The notes beneath the pieces are model-generated. The model was not told where the DNA came from. It ran no database searches and saw nothing but the letters and a program-made list of their open reading frames with translations. Positions 48,431 through 60,606 of a stretch of 64,000 nt of DNA are shown piece after piece. A program made the translations under genes and the position numbers. Every line of letters starts with the position of its first letter. Position 1 is the stretch's first letter. The DNA is from Mesotaenium endlicherianum (lineage: Eukaryota). Location of the stretch: contig WELA01003365.1 of assembly GCA_009602735.1 (NCBI GenBank), positions 268,954-332,953 of the forward strand, given 5' to 3'.

Positions 48431-49021
48431 CCGGATTCTCGAAGGGAGTTTCCCCCCCATGTGGCGTACCCGAATTTACTTCACAGTCGTACTCCTAGTT
48501 TGCATGTAGGTGCTTTCGCGACTGAGAGCCATTGGCGATCTACACGCGTGGGGAAAATCACGGCAAGTCGACGTACGGCACAAAGGCACGTTGACCGCAA
48601 AAGACTAAGCCAGGTCAATCTGACAAGGTCAAATTGAGATGGATAATGGACCCAAATGGACCAAGGTCATTGGCCTTTCTCATGCGAGAGATGTGACAGG
48701 TTTAAGAAGAAACCTCGACACCTTGGAATTCAGTTGGATTCACTTGGCGCGGAATAACCATTAAGGATCAAATATTTTTGTCCTACTCCTCGTCTAATTT
48801 GATTCCGTTTCTAAAATTCTTCAACCTTCTTCATTTATAACCATTAAGTGAAACAAAATACATCGAAATAACTAACACCCCCGCCTCGGAGGTCTATTGT
48901 GCCAGGCTGTGAGGTTGGAGCCTACGATCCCTTGTCACAGAAAATATACACCACGTCCAGATCCGCTCCCTCGTCTCCCACTTTCCCCTGTTTTCCTCTC
49001 TCTTATTCTTTTACCAATGAA

Positions 49022-49671
49022 ATGAATCATCTTCGTTTGACTACTCTCGTTTTCCTTGAAGCTCACACAGGGAACATCTTGCAAAACGAGTTGGACGCTG
49101 CAATAATAAAAATACGCAAGCTTGGGAAGAAGTCATTCTTTTAAAGACGGAAGATGACAAGATAATAATACAATCAACAAGTGATGGCAGGAATTTACAG
49201 GTGCAGGCGTCTGGGCGGTGTGTATTTGCTAACCACAATCAGGGCCTGTGGGAAAAGTTTGATGTTGAAAGTGATGAACATGGACGCGTGTACTTTATTA
49301 GCTGCCATACTGGAAATGTCATGCAGTGTAATAGGGAGAAATACGCTTGGTGTGACAACAAAAATCGACTGGAGTGGGAAGCTTGGAAAATCATTTCTCC
49401 AAGAACGCGTAACGACATGAACCATGCATTGGGAACAATTTGCCAGGCTGTTTCGTGTGCAGCTGTTGTCCTTGTGTCAGGCGTTGTGGCCAGCGCACTT
49501 GTGCCTGTTGCTATGGCAAGTTTTGGGACTGTTGTTGCTGGCATAGGAACATATCACGCTCCATTGAGTGCTGGTGGTTTTGCTACGTTTTTGCAAGCAT
49601 CTTCGGCAAAGTTACTTTCACCAGCAGCTATATCTTGTGGTCTATCAACAGGAGGTATGATAAGGCATTGA
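49022..49671 (+). pseudogene. Fascin-like beta-trefoil protein with hydrophobic Gly/Ala-rich C-terminus; one frameshift near 49090
   Basis: Three ~40-aa repeats (HTGNILQ..CNNKN..WEEV; DGRNLQ..FANHN..WEKF; HTGNVMQ..CDNKN..WEAW). Confidence 0.65.
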
Positions 49672-51318
49672 GCAGGTGTTCAATCTTGTCACAACCCCTT
49701 TGTCTGCAGGCAAAAGTCAAAGTGGTTGAAAGAGGGGAATTAACAAGGGTTCTCTGCTTAGGGAGGGGTTCTTTTGACTTTAGTTTTTTAACAAAGGAAA
49801 ATTTGTAGTTCTCGACACCATAGTACTTGGGGATATGCAATGGCAATCACTTAGGTCTATTAGAAGATTCATGTGTTTGAAAACTGAAAGACTTGTATGC
49901 CTTTTTTATATTCAAATTCTACTAATTTTGAAGTTGAAGAACTCTTACAAACTCGACGTATAGATTCATGTATTTGAAACGTGAATGACTTATAAGAACC
50001 TGTGGGCAAATGGTCTACTATAATTTGAAGCGGTGTTATTATTTTTGAAAAATCTCTTTGTACACGATGTCATCAGGAAAACATTTCCGAGAGTCCATCT
50101 CTCTCCTTTTGCAAGCCACTTTTTGACACATTGAGGATTAAATGCTCTCTCATGAAGTTACCTAAAGTTGTCCATGTGAAAATACAGGCTCTGGTAGATG
50201 TAGACTGAAGGAACCAAAAGTCTGCCCTTACAAATGGTTGATATCAGTGAAAGTGCCGCCCGAACAGGAAATTTTATACTTTTTTTAAATGTACAAATCT
50301 TTGTTAAAATATAGAGGAATTGGAGGGAGAATCTGTTTCCAATATAAATTCACCATCTCCAGATATAACTTCAGCATAGAGGACATGAGAACAAATTGCA
50401 CTGCGGATTTGCTATTATTTCTTCTTGATTAAAGTGGAATTGAAGACACCCACCCATTTGGCTAGTGACGAGTCACAGAATGGTATCAGCTTACTAAAAA
50501 GTTGGGAGAAATTCCTTTCATATTTTATTAAGTTTGGAAGTTGTTGATCCTCAATAGAGGCAAAGTAATGATCACTTATGACTGGGAATGAAGTGCAGGA
50601 GGAGGATGTTCATAGTCTGGTTTGTTACACATATGACAATGTTGAGCCGATGTTCTAGTAATGATGTTCATTTTGAAGAGCTGTAGCGTGCTGCATGTTT
50701 GAAGCAGAAGCAGAAGCAAATTAATAATGCCCCCTTTCTTCATTTTTTGTGTTCTTGTATATTGGGTGTTTTTGTCACCGGCCTATTCATGCTAAAATTC
50801 AAAGACTGTTATATTCACTATAAGCGGTATTTGTATTTTCTTTCTAATCGTCAGCATTGCCCTCACTGAGCTACTTAGGCTTGTTGAATCCTGAAACGCT
50901 TCGTAATCACTGTAAGTGTATGAATCACTAAGTAGGTTCAGATTGTCACGCATGGGCTACCTTGAGATTTGAAACATGCATCTCACACTTCATTGTTGCT
51001 CCCTTCTTCATAATGTTACTTGGCAAAAGAGTCTCCTTCAAACAAACTGGAAGCATATTTGCTGGCACATAGTCCACTCTTAGCTAAGGTGCAACCAAAT
51101 GTAATATACGGCATTTACACCAGAAAGAAAAAGCGTCGCTGAGATTCGTCAAAGACTTAGGCAGACCTAAAATCACGGAAGAATACTCAAGGGGGATGCC
51201 AATGCACTGCTGTTGACAAGAAAGCTTCCTTGTTTACATCCCATAAGTTACATGCGTGGTAACTTTGTCCTTAGTAGTTATTACCCAAGGAACAGTGAAT
51301 AGCATCGACAGTGATGGC

Positions 51319-52918
51319 CTACTCCATCTCGTCACCAGCCCCAAGCTTGTGGCCCGTCCCACGAGGACGCAACCCCAAACGGAGTGCTTTCTCATCCAGT
51401 TCCTTAAGCTTACGCTGCTTAGCAAGCTCCTCATTGGCAGCCTTCCTCTCTGCCTGTTCTTCCTGCCGTACTTCAAGGTCCCCTTGTTGATTAGCCAGCA
51501 TCTCTTCCTTTTTCAACCTCATCTCTTCTTTCTCACCTGCCCACATCACCACAAGAAGAATGAGAACGATGTTGCACCAAAGCTTATGTTGATTAATAGC
51601 TCAGCTGACTAGACATTCCATGTATTCAAAGCTCCCCTTAGCTCTCACTCTTTTAGCACTTCTGCTGCTCAAAGGCAGGCTGACTCGCACTAGCACAGCT
51701 AAGCTTACGAAGAAGCATAAATCAAAGCGGCACTGTCTTGAACCAACTTTCAGAAACAATGCCTTCCTCAGCAGACAATGTGCAGATACGTGATCAGACT
51801 CTCTCCCTCCCCCCCCTCCCCCCCCCTGCCGGCAGGGCCCTTCCCACTGCCTCCCTTTTTTCTCTCCAGCACTGGGTTTGATAAGAGCCAATCATCTTTG
51901 CAGGATCCATAACATGTACACTAGCAAACAAGTGAGCAGGTAAGCTTCACAACATCCCGCCAGTCTTTTTGCTGGCTAGCAACGGGTTTCATAGGTTCAG
52001 GTCAGGCCTGAGGATCTAGGGTTAAGGAGGGCCTTGAAAACTCGCAGACAATTATATTATTGCATCAGCCGCGAATGTACTTGTCGCACAAGCTTCACCC
52101 TGCGTCAGCTGCACTGTATATCAGAACGACCTTCAGATGGTTGTGCAAAATACATCAGTCAAGCAACATCCAGAATGCAAGAGAAGCTGGAGGTAGCACG
52201 TCACAAGCAAGCACCTTGTGAAAGCTCGTCTTCGCGTCCAAGCCGGTGGCCCGTCCCCGGAGGCCGCAATCCATAGCGAAGTGCTTGCTCATCGAGCTCC
52301 TTCAGCTTTGCTAGCCTGGCAGCCTCCTCCTTAATGGCCCGCTTCTCCGCCACCTCCCCCTTGATCTTATTCACCAGCACCTGCTGTTTCTCGTGCGCAA
52401 TGCGCGCTAGCCGGTCATACTCCGCCTTCTTCTCTGGTTCTGCATGTATTTAATCAAGTGTCATGTCAAGTCCATTATGCTATACTCCCACACTGTGATT
52501 AAGTTTAGAAGACCCATCTTTCTTAGTTGCTATTTGTTAGTATGCTTCAAGGTGGAAGTACAACAAAAGTAAGAACCAACAATCTCCCATGAATCTACCC
52601 TGACAGCCAATCCAAAGTCGACGTGAAGAAGCTCTGGGAAGTAAGATAGGCAGGGCATGCATATCAGCATTGCATTTGCTTGCAGCGAAAGTGGAAGAGG
52701 AGCTGCAAGGTTGAACGATATACAAAGAAGGAAAATGGGTTATGTTGCAACATTGGGAAAGGAGGATCAATACCCATAACTGGATCCGGAAGTACGTACT
52801 TCTCCAGCACCCAAAAAACAGTGGGCTGAATCCAATACACAGAAAATACTGCAAGCAAAATGTACCATCCATATGCCCGCATGAAGATCCAGAAGGCCTC
52901 CGCGTAGTCAACCGCCAT
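51319..52918 (-). CDS. Selenoprotein S/VIMP-like membrane protein; exons 52918-52774, 52439-52215, 51536-51319
   Basis: YGWYIL TM segment, coiled coils, two GTGH(R/K)LG motifs; phase-1 GT-AG introns. Confidence 0.7.
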
Positions 52919-54305
52919 AGCGTCAACTATATAAGTCGAGAGTCCAAGAGCTTGTGCTCAGCTTACAACCAGTAACTATTGAGTATGCTCTCCAGAGCAA
53001 ACTAGCATGTAACTTCTTCACACTCTTGGTACAGCAAGCCACGATGCACAAGAAGCGCCTCCTGACAGCTGCTGGTTTTTACTAAATCTAGCTTCTTACA
53101 AACATGTTCGTAACAATCGCGCATTTGAGTCTCGATCGCATAAGCACCATTCAGGAACATTCGAGTGCTTAGGCCCGGTTTATTCGTGCTTATTCGTGCT
53201 TGTCGACGCTTGTCGATGAAACATGATGTTATATGAGCACGAGCACAGTGCTACGGCTTGTCTTACATCCTGCCTATTTCGTACGCCCTCGATGAACTAA
53301 TCTTTGTGGCAGGGTGTGCTCTGTCGCAACATGTTAAGGAGATCAGGGAATGCTCCATGCTGGTGAACTTGTGGCCCATCAGACATGGATGGTACCTGCC
53401 CGCTCCTCCTCTCACGCAGAACGTAGAGAGTCCAGTGGATGCTTGCTTCCTACCCTTCCTCAATATCTTGAAGTGTAATACGCTGAAGCATGTGATCTGC
53501 TCAAGGTTCCTAATATGACCATCCGCACAAACTTGAGCTAAGACATGACTGACAGTTGAAAAATGGCCTCATGCTCTGCCTGCTGTGAACACGTTTCAAG
53601 GAAATGTCAGGCTCTAGGCTTGACCCTCAAGATTCTAGATGTAAATACTGAGTCAGCTTTGTAATTTCTCCATATAAGCACCATGTAATCTTTGATGTAC
53701 TCATCATAAACATGCTTGAGTGGAAACCAATTATATATGCAGACGTTGCGGCTGCATATGCATCAGGGCTCACAGTCAGACTTGGAGTTCAGAGAGAGGG
53801 AGCTTATGTGAGCTCCAATTGCATTAACAGTCATACGCGTCTATCTCTGGTGCAGATTTCAGGTAAATGTTAGGTTCAAACTGAACAGGAAACTCAGAAG
53901 CTTCATGGAGTCTACTTTTTAGACTTTCGGTGGGAATCTCTGCTTCACTTTCCCTGCTAGGAAATTTCCACTTCATCCTATTAGATTGCCAGGCTTGTAT
54001 ATGAAAAGTGGGACTGCAAGTACAACTTAATACTTACTTCAGCTTTTTGCTTAGACTGGTTGAGCTTAAAGTCAAAAAGTTATACCTTCCTTGCTCCACA
54101 CAGGACAACAATTGTTTTACTTCTCCAGTCTTCATACATGGCTGAAGGTGGGATAATAAGTGCATTTACCTCGAGCAGACCTGAAAAGCACATTCCGTCT
54201 CTACCTTGTCAGCTGAAAGATAAAGGCTCGGAGCTTGGTCGGGCATTGAGCATGGGGCAGCAAGCAGAAACTCTACATGTGACAATATTCTTTCTGCTGG
54301 TGCAG

Positions 54306-57300
54306 TTGTGGTCCAGGCAAACGAAGCAGCAGAGGCTGCCAAGTTGACATGGGCACCTGGCGCTGCTCAGGCCCTCTCATCGCTGCTGGAGGTTGTCGTC
54401 AGTAGGCTGGAGCTCGGCAGTGCTGACATCAGTGCACGACGGGGCCTGATTTTGCGGATTAAGAATCTCGTGCATGTGACTGAGCCAGGTATGCTGTGCA
54501 GGCAGCCCATCTTTTGGGTGAGGTGCATTTCTTCGTTGACTTACTGACAATAAATACCTGTCCACGAAGGTGTACTTACTCCTGATCATGTTCAGAATTT
54601 ATCCTAAACGCTATGTTGCAGTCTCTGGTACTGTGTCTATCTGTTGCCCTTCAGCCTGCAGAACTCGTTGATTAGGACCACTCTAAACAGGTCAAGCTGC
54701 AGCTTGACTCGCACGTGCAAATCATAGGCGAACAACAGTTAGTTGTTCAGTGCATACAAATGTAACCCACTTCAAATTCCAAGCAGCAACACGGGCCACG
54801 GATTGCTCCAGCTACTCATGATTCTAGTGGTGTTTGGGTGGGGTTGCTGGGGGGCGTGCTGTCAAGACAGGCACTGATGTGGCATGTTTTGGCTCTTTCG
54901 AGAAAGGTCTCTCGCTGCCTGGATCTGATCTGGACCTTTCGCTGGACTTGTCGTGCCACTCTATCCGTAAGTTTCGGAATGGCGAAGAGACTCAAGAAGA
55001 TAAGGTGGGTATCCTCAGGCGGTTGCTCCGCTTGCTCTATTCCATGGCCCGAGGTGAACTCTTTGTCCTCTTACTCTCTCTCCCAATCTCTCTCTCTCTC
55101 CCTCTACCTCTCACCCGCTTCCCTCTCCCCCATTCCCTCCCCCCCATACATCGCTCCCTCCCTCTCTCTGCCTTTCACTCGCTGGCGTGCCCGTGCAAAT
55201 TTCTGACATGTTCTGCACATTTACTGCAGGCACTGCTCGTGTGTCCTCTCTGTGGCCCTTCTCCTACCTAAGCTACACCTCAGCACTCTGTCAACCAGTC
55301 AGTTCGCACCCTCTTATGGCCGCAGCTGGCTAGCGTCACTAAGGGGCGCTGCTGCGCTGGGAGGCTACCAGCCAGTGGAGTGAGGCCAGGCCAGAGCCCA
55401 CTGCGAATCTCTGCTGTCATATTCTGCGCCATGTGTTCCAGGCGGGCCAAACTCCAGGCCCGTTATCTGAAACCCTGCTGTGTTCCGGGCCTCCCTGTGG
55501 CAGAGGGCCAGATAAGCAAGCTGTCGCCGGTGCTGAGGGCCTCGGTGCCCGTGGTGAGCTTCGTGGAGTGTGGCACGGGCGTGTCGTGCGACGTGACGGT
55601 CAGCAACTACGACGGCATGTTCCGCTCGCGCGTGCTGCGCATGATCATGCCTCTCGCCCCCCACTTCCGCCCCCTCTGCTTGCTGGTTAGTGTACCTGCC
55701 CCTCCCACACCCCTCCCCCCCCNGCACCTCTGCGATCTGCGACCACATGGTGCGCTTCAGCCATGTAGGGTTGAGATCTGCAGGGACTTGGCAGCTCTTT
55801 GCTTGTTCTGCTTCCGTGCAAAACCAACTGGCACAACTCATTGGCTCTCACTCTCTCTGTCCCTTCCTCCCCACCAGGTAGCTATGGATCGTGGGGAGGT
55901 GAGCTCTTCTCTCCTCTGGACCATGCACCACTCACTTAAATCTCTGTATGGATATTTTGGAATTCCTGAGGCGATTTGTTGGTCCGGGGACTGGCCGTGA
56001 GTCAGCACGCCAGGTCATACCTGCCATAGGGTTAACTCCACCTGCTCAGGCAGCAGCCCACCGGCCCCTACGCGCCCTTTCACGTGCACCAGCTGGCGGG
56101 AGAACTGTGGGGCAGCGCATATCATTCACAATGCACACTCCTCTCCTCTGCGGGCGTGGGCAAGCAGGTGAAGGCGTGGGCCAGGTGGCAGGACGTGAAC
56201 GCCTCCACCAGGGGCACCCTCAACTCCGTCTCGTGGGTGCTCCTTGTCGCCCTGCACCTCCAGGCATGCTATGCTGCACTCTTTCCTTCTCTCTCTTTTC
56301 TCTTGGGTAGCTGGCCACCTGTCAGGCATCGATAGGATCACCATGTATGCTGGCTTGGAGGGGCTACTGGGTTGCATTTAACTCCAGCGCTGCCACTAGC
56401 ATATGTATTTAAGTATTGCTCGTAGCAAAGGAAGGGGACAAGGCAGCTGGCGGCATCTAGCAAGAGAAGCTGCTGCTCTCATTGCAAGCAGAGGGGGAGC
56501 AAGAGAGTGGTGCCTGTGGTTCTGACTATGATGGTGTCTGCCTCGTCAATCGCTGCGGATCCATCACTGGCAGGGGAGGTTGCCCTGAGGCATGCCCGCC
56601 AGCTGGCACGTGCAGTCCAGCCCTTGTATGCCTGTCACCCTTTTCTTGCACTCCCCGTACAGCCACAAGCTGTGAGCTCCCCGCACCGTGTGTGCCCTTG
56701 TGCTCCCAGTGCAAGCATGGCTGGGACGTACTGCTGGACAGGGAATGTGCCCCCTGTGGGCCAGAGGTGCAGGCGCGCGGCACTCTCATGTCTGGATGCA
56801 GCTCACGGAGGTGCTGGGCTGGGCTGGGCCGGGCTGCTTTTGTGTGGGCAGACGAGGTCCCCTCCCCTCCTGCCACCCTTCTCCGAGATCGTGGGCCCAG
56901 ACGCAGGTCAGCAGCGGTCAAAGCATGGCGTTGTGCCACTTGTCCTGAGCATGCAGCTCGTGGCACGATTCATGCAAAGCAAGCAAAAGCTCCGCTTCTG
57001 TATGCGTGTGCGCATGTGAGCGCGTGTGTGAGTGCGCGCTTGTGTGTGCATGTTTCTTTCGTCTCTGTCCCCCTATGAGGTTTTTGAAGCTGTAAAAACC
57101 TTCAAAGTGCCCTCTTTCTGAGAAGTGCGTGAGCTTCTTCTGGATGAGCATGTATCAGTGTCCCCTTTCCAGCTCGTCACTCCCTGCTTCGTCTCTCTTT
57201 CTCCAAATTGCTGGGCAGAGATAGGGGGCCTGTCAAATCTCAGAAGGATGGTTGACGTCAACGCGCGGCTCCAAGAGTGCCAGGCGCGCATGGATGCGCT

Positions 57301-59319
57301 CGCCGCCAGGTGGCAGCCTGCCAGCACAGCCTCCCTCGGCGAGCTCCTCGCCTCCTTCTTCACTCAGGTACATCCCCTCTTCGGATGACCTCCCGCTCCC
57401 ATCTGTTGGTTGACGTTGCTTGCACTTCCTCCCAAATGTGCACTGCCAGAGAATTGGTGGGGAGGGTGCAATTTGCTGAAGCTCTTATGCAGTGCGGGTG
57501 CTGTTGGGAGCCTGTGCGCTTGTGCCGTCTGGGAATCAGCGATGGCTGAGCTGAGCTCTATGGCTTGCGGCATGCACGCCCTTCGTCCTCCTGGCCCCCG
57601 CTCACGCCCAGACCCCCACGTGTCTCACTAGCACTATTGATTCCTGCTCCCAAAACCAAATGTAATTGGTTTCAGTGTGGTCACATCAGCTTCACAAGGA
57701 TTGAGTTAAAACTATCTGAATGATCTGTGGTTTCAGCTGGTGTGTATGCGTGGGCTCTCGCACGCGTGTTTCATCGCTGATTGTCTTTGAGGCGTGTCGC
57801 TTGGCACGCGCGCAAGTCCTGCCAGGCAACGCTAACTTTGCAGTTGGTGATCGTGCGTGTGTGGGTGCTTCTGATGAGGGCCAGATGGCAGCGGTAGAGG
57901 AGGAGTCATGGGAAAGAGGGCTGTGTGCCAGCACATATCGCGGCTGCTGGACGACTAAAGAGTGGACCACTCACGCGTACTCCTCGGCCATGGGGGTGAG
58001 TCACCTTTTGCATATGCTTCGTCCTTCATTCACGTCAAACAGTTTTTATCTGAACCAAGCATACATGCGGTTGCCTGAAGGTGCACTCACCCGGTTGTCA
58101 GGAGGTCCACCTGCACCCACTCGTGGGAAGCAACAAGTAATCTGAACGAGCCTATCCTCGCTACTTTGTTTATTGTTTCTTTGTTATAGGCCAAAAAATG
58201 AGGTGTGACGTGCTTCAGGCAAACACATTCACTTTAGTTGTCATCTCTTGCGCACATGAACGCCCATGGCATAGAACATTGTTAGCGTTAAGCCAGAAGG
58301 GCCTCTGTGTGGGTGTGTGTGGACCATCAGGCGGCATACTTACCGGAGGGAGTGAGGAATGACAGCAATTTAGTATGAGTCAGGGCAGGTTGCAAGCTCT
58401 CGAGAACAGCCATCTGCCCTGGCTCGTTCTGCCCACTACACAACAAAAGCGTCCGTCCATACGCGGCCAACAGAGACCCACCCACCGTCATGCTTCGTGG
58501 TTGCGACAGGTGGAGGACTTCATCGACACGAGCATGAACTGCGCGCGCGCGTGTCAGAAGCACGGGCGCGCACAGATCTACGCCGCGCTGCGCCAAGCCG
58601 CGGTCTCCGTGCGCGACGCCGCCCGGGTGGGCACCAAGAATGCTGCCGACGCGTGCGACGTTCAACTCTTTGGACGCCTGGTGTCCAGGGGCAAGCGCGC
58701 CCTCCGGGGCGACGAGGCCGCCCCAGCCCCCGCCCCCAAGAGCTCCCAGCGCCAGGTGGCGGCAGGCACCAGGCTGATCGTGGGCGCGGGCACCGGAAGC
58801 TTGCTCAGCTCCAGCTCGCCTCGAAAAGTATTGCCAACTGCTCCGGTTGTGCTCTCTCGCCCCCCCTTGCTGCCAGCGCCTGTACAGGACCCGCCGATAC
58901 TGCCTGGGTACTCAAAAACCGCCCCCCCCAATGGGGCCCCTTCTCTCCCGCCACCGCTGGCCAACCCCTACAGCATGCAGTCGCAGTCGATTCCTCCCCC
59001 CATGCAGCAGTTGCCTGTTTACCACACGCCTCCAGGTAATTATGGCTACGAAGCCCCTTATAGTGGCCAAGTAAATCATAATGTGGGGTATGGGCAAGGG
59101 TCTGACCATTACACCTCCTCGCAACCTACTATGAGTCATTACAACCAGAGTGTAAATAGCTGGCCTCCGCAAAGCGGGCAATATTCTCAAGGATATGTGC
59201 CCAGCTACAGTATGGGAACACGACCTACTTATAATCAGCAGCCCTCCGACGTCACGGGTTACTATAACAGCCAGACCTGGTCGCCGTATGGAGGACCAAA
59301 CCAGTACAACCGCTACTAG
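54306..59319 (+). CDS. HESO1-like terminal nucleotidyltransferase (TUTase); exons about 54306-54488, 54871-55053, 55504-55685, 56168-56263, 56852-56906, ~57218-57367, 57885-57995, 58510-59319; start exon not located
   Basis: FGSF..SDLDLS, ASVPVV..CDVTVSN, LVKAWA..GTLNS, LLPP, SLGELLASFF, VEDF..NCAR; P/Y/Q/S-rich tail. Confidence 0.85.
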
Positions 59320-60606
59320 TCGTCGTGCGGCGTACCCACACTTAGTCAGCCATCAAGGGATGTTGCACATAGTCACTGAGCACCCCTGGTTGCTCATCAG
59401 CCAGACATATTATGCTTGGTATTCCTTTTTTATTCAAAACAAAATAAAAGCTTGGGCTCACCTTGCCCCGACTACATACACTTCACAGCGGTGTTCACCT
59501 TCTGGGAGAGGGGGAGTGGCTGTTACATCACAACTTGTGCTAATGAGCTCACAACTTAACTCACGTACGGCATGAACCTACCGTCCAGGGTATGAAACCA
59601 TTATGAAATTAATGAGGCATACGATTATTTTACGCATTGGTTAATGAGGAACAAGTATACGTCATCTCAAAGAAGTGCGTCAAACCAGTTCTTATGACTA
59701 GAGCTCAGAGGCCTCTTGTGTGATCTACATCGATCGACTCGTAGTACGCCTGTATGAAGGCAAAGTATTTACCCAAGTATATATTTTCACTATCACAGAA
59801 GAAGCAGGACAGCGTGCACTTGACTAGCAGTACAAAATTCAAGTGATGGCCCAGGCTGGTGAATATTTTGCATCAAATCAGGAGATGAGTAATAGCTCTT
59901 ATATGCAAGACCTAAACTATGATAAGCAGTAAATCTCTACATGGTTACATTCCAATCAATGTAGTAGTAAGGTTAATTATAGTCGTTGCAGCTAATGAAG
60001 ATGATTCTGGTATGTTTTTTTCCAAAAAAAATATCTGCAATTGTACAACACTCCTTATGCATGTGGACCAAAGGGAGTAAAAACAATGTAGTACTACAAC
60101 TTCTTATTTGGGGGAAAGGGGGCTTATATGCTTGGAAGGAAATGAGCAGTTATAGCCGTCGGCCACAAAAAAATGAGTGAAATCATTTCGTGTACTACAT
60201 CAGGCTTCATATTTTCAGCTTGTTAAAAAGTGTGTATCACAACACGTAACTTACTTGTTACAAAGAAGCCTCCTGGAAGCGCAACACGACCTTCACATTG
60301 AAATACGGCCACCCATTTCACTGAGCCGTGTGGCCCTTTTATTGTCCAACAACTCTAACTATACCTGAGATGCCCATCACGACCTGAATTTACCCCAATT
60401 TGACAACCAAAGAGAGACACACCAAGGTTGTTGCCCAGCCTATCTGGACACCCCTCGGCTCAACCCCGACCTTCTACCTCTGAGCTGACAAGGCAGCCAA
60501 TGAGAGCCCCCCCACCCAGCCCTATGTACCAACAACAATACGTTTGCCCCTACCAGCTTTCCAATCTATACACGTCTCGCTCGCTCCTCAGCCCTCCACA
60601 GCGAGC

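Noticed and set aside
50200..50700. Possible degraded coding fragment
   Set aside because: Stops in the frames examined and no recognisable motif
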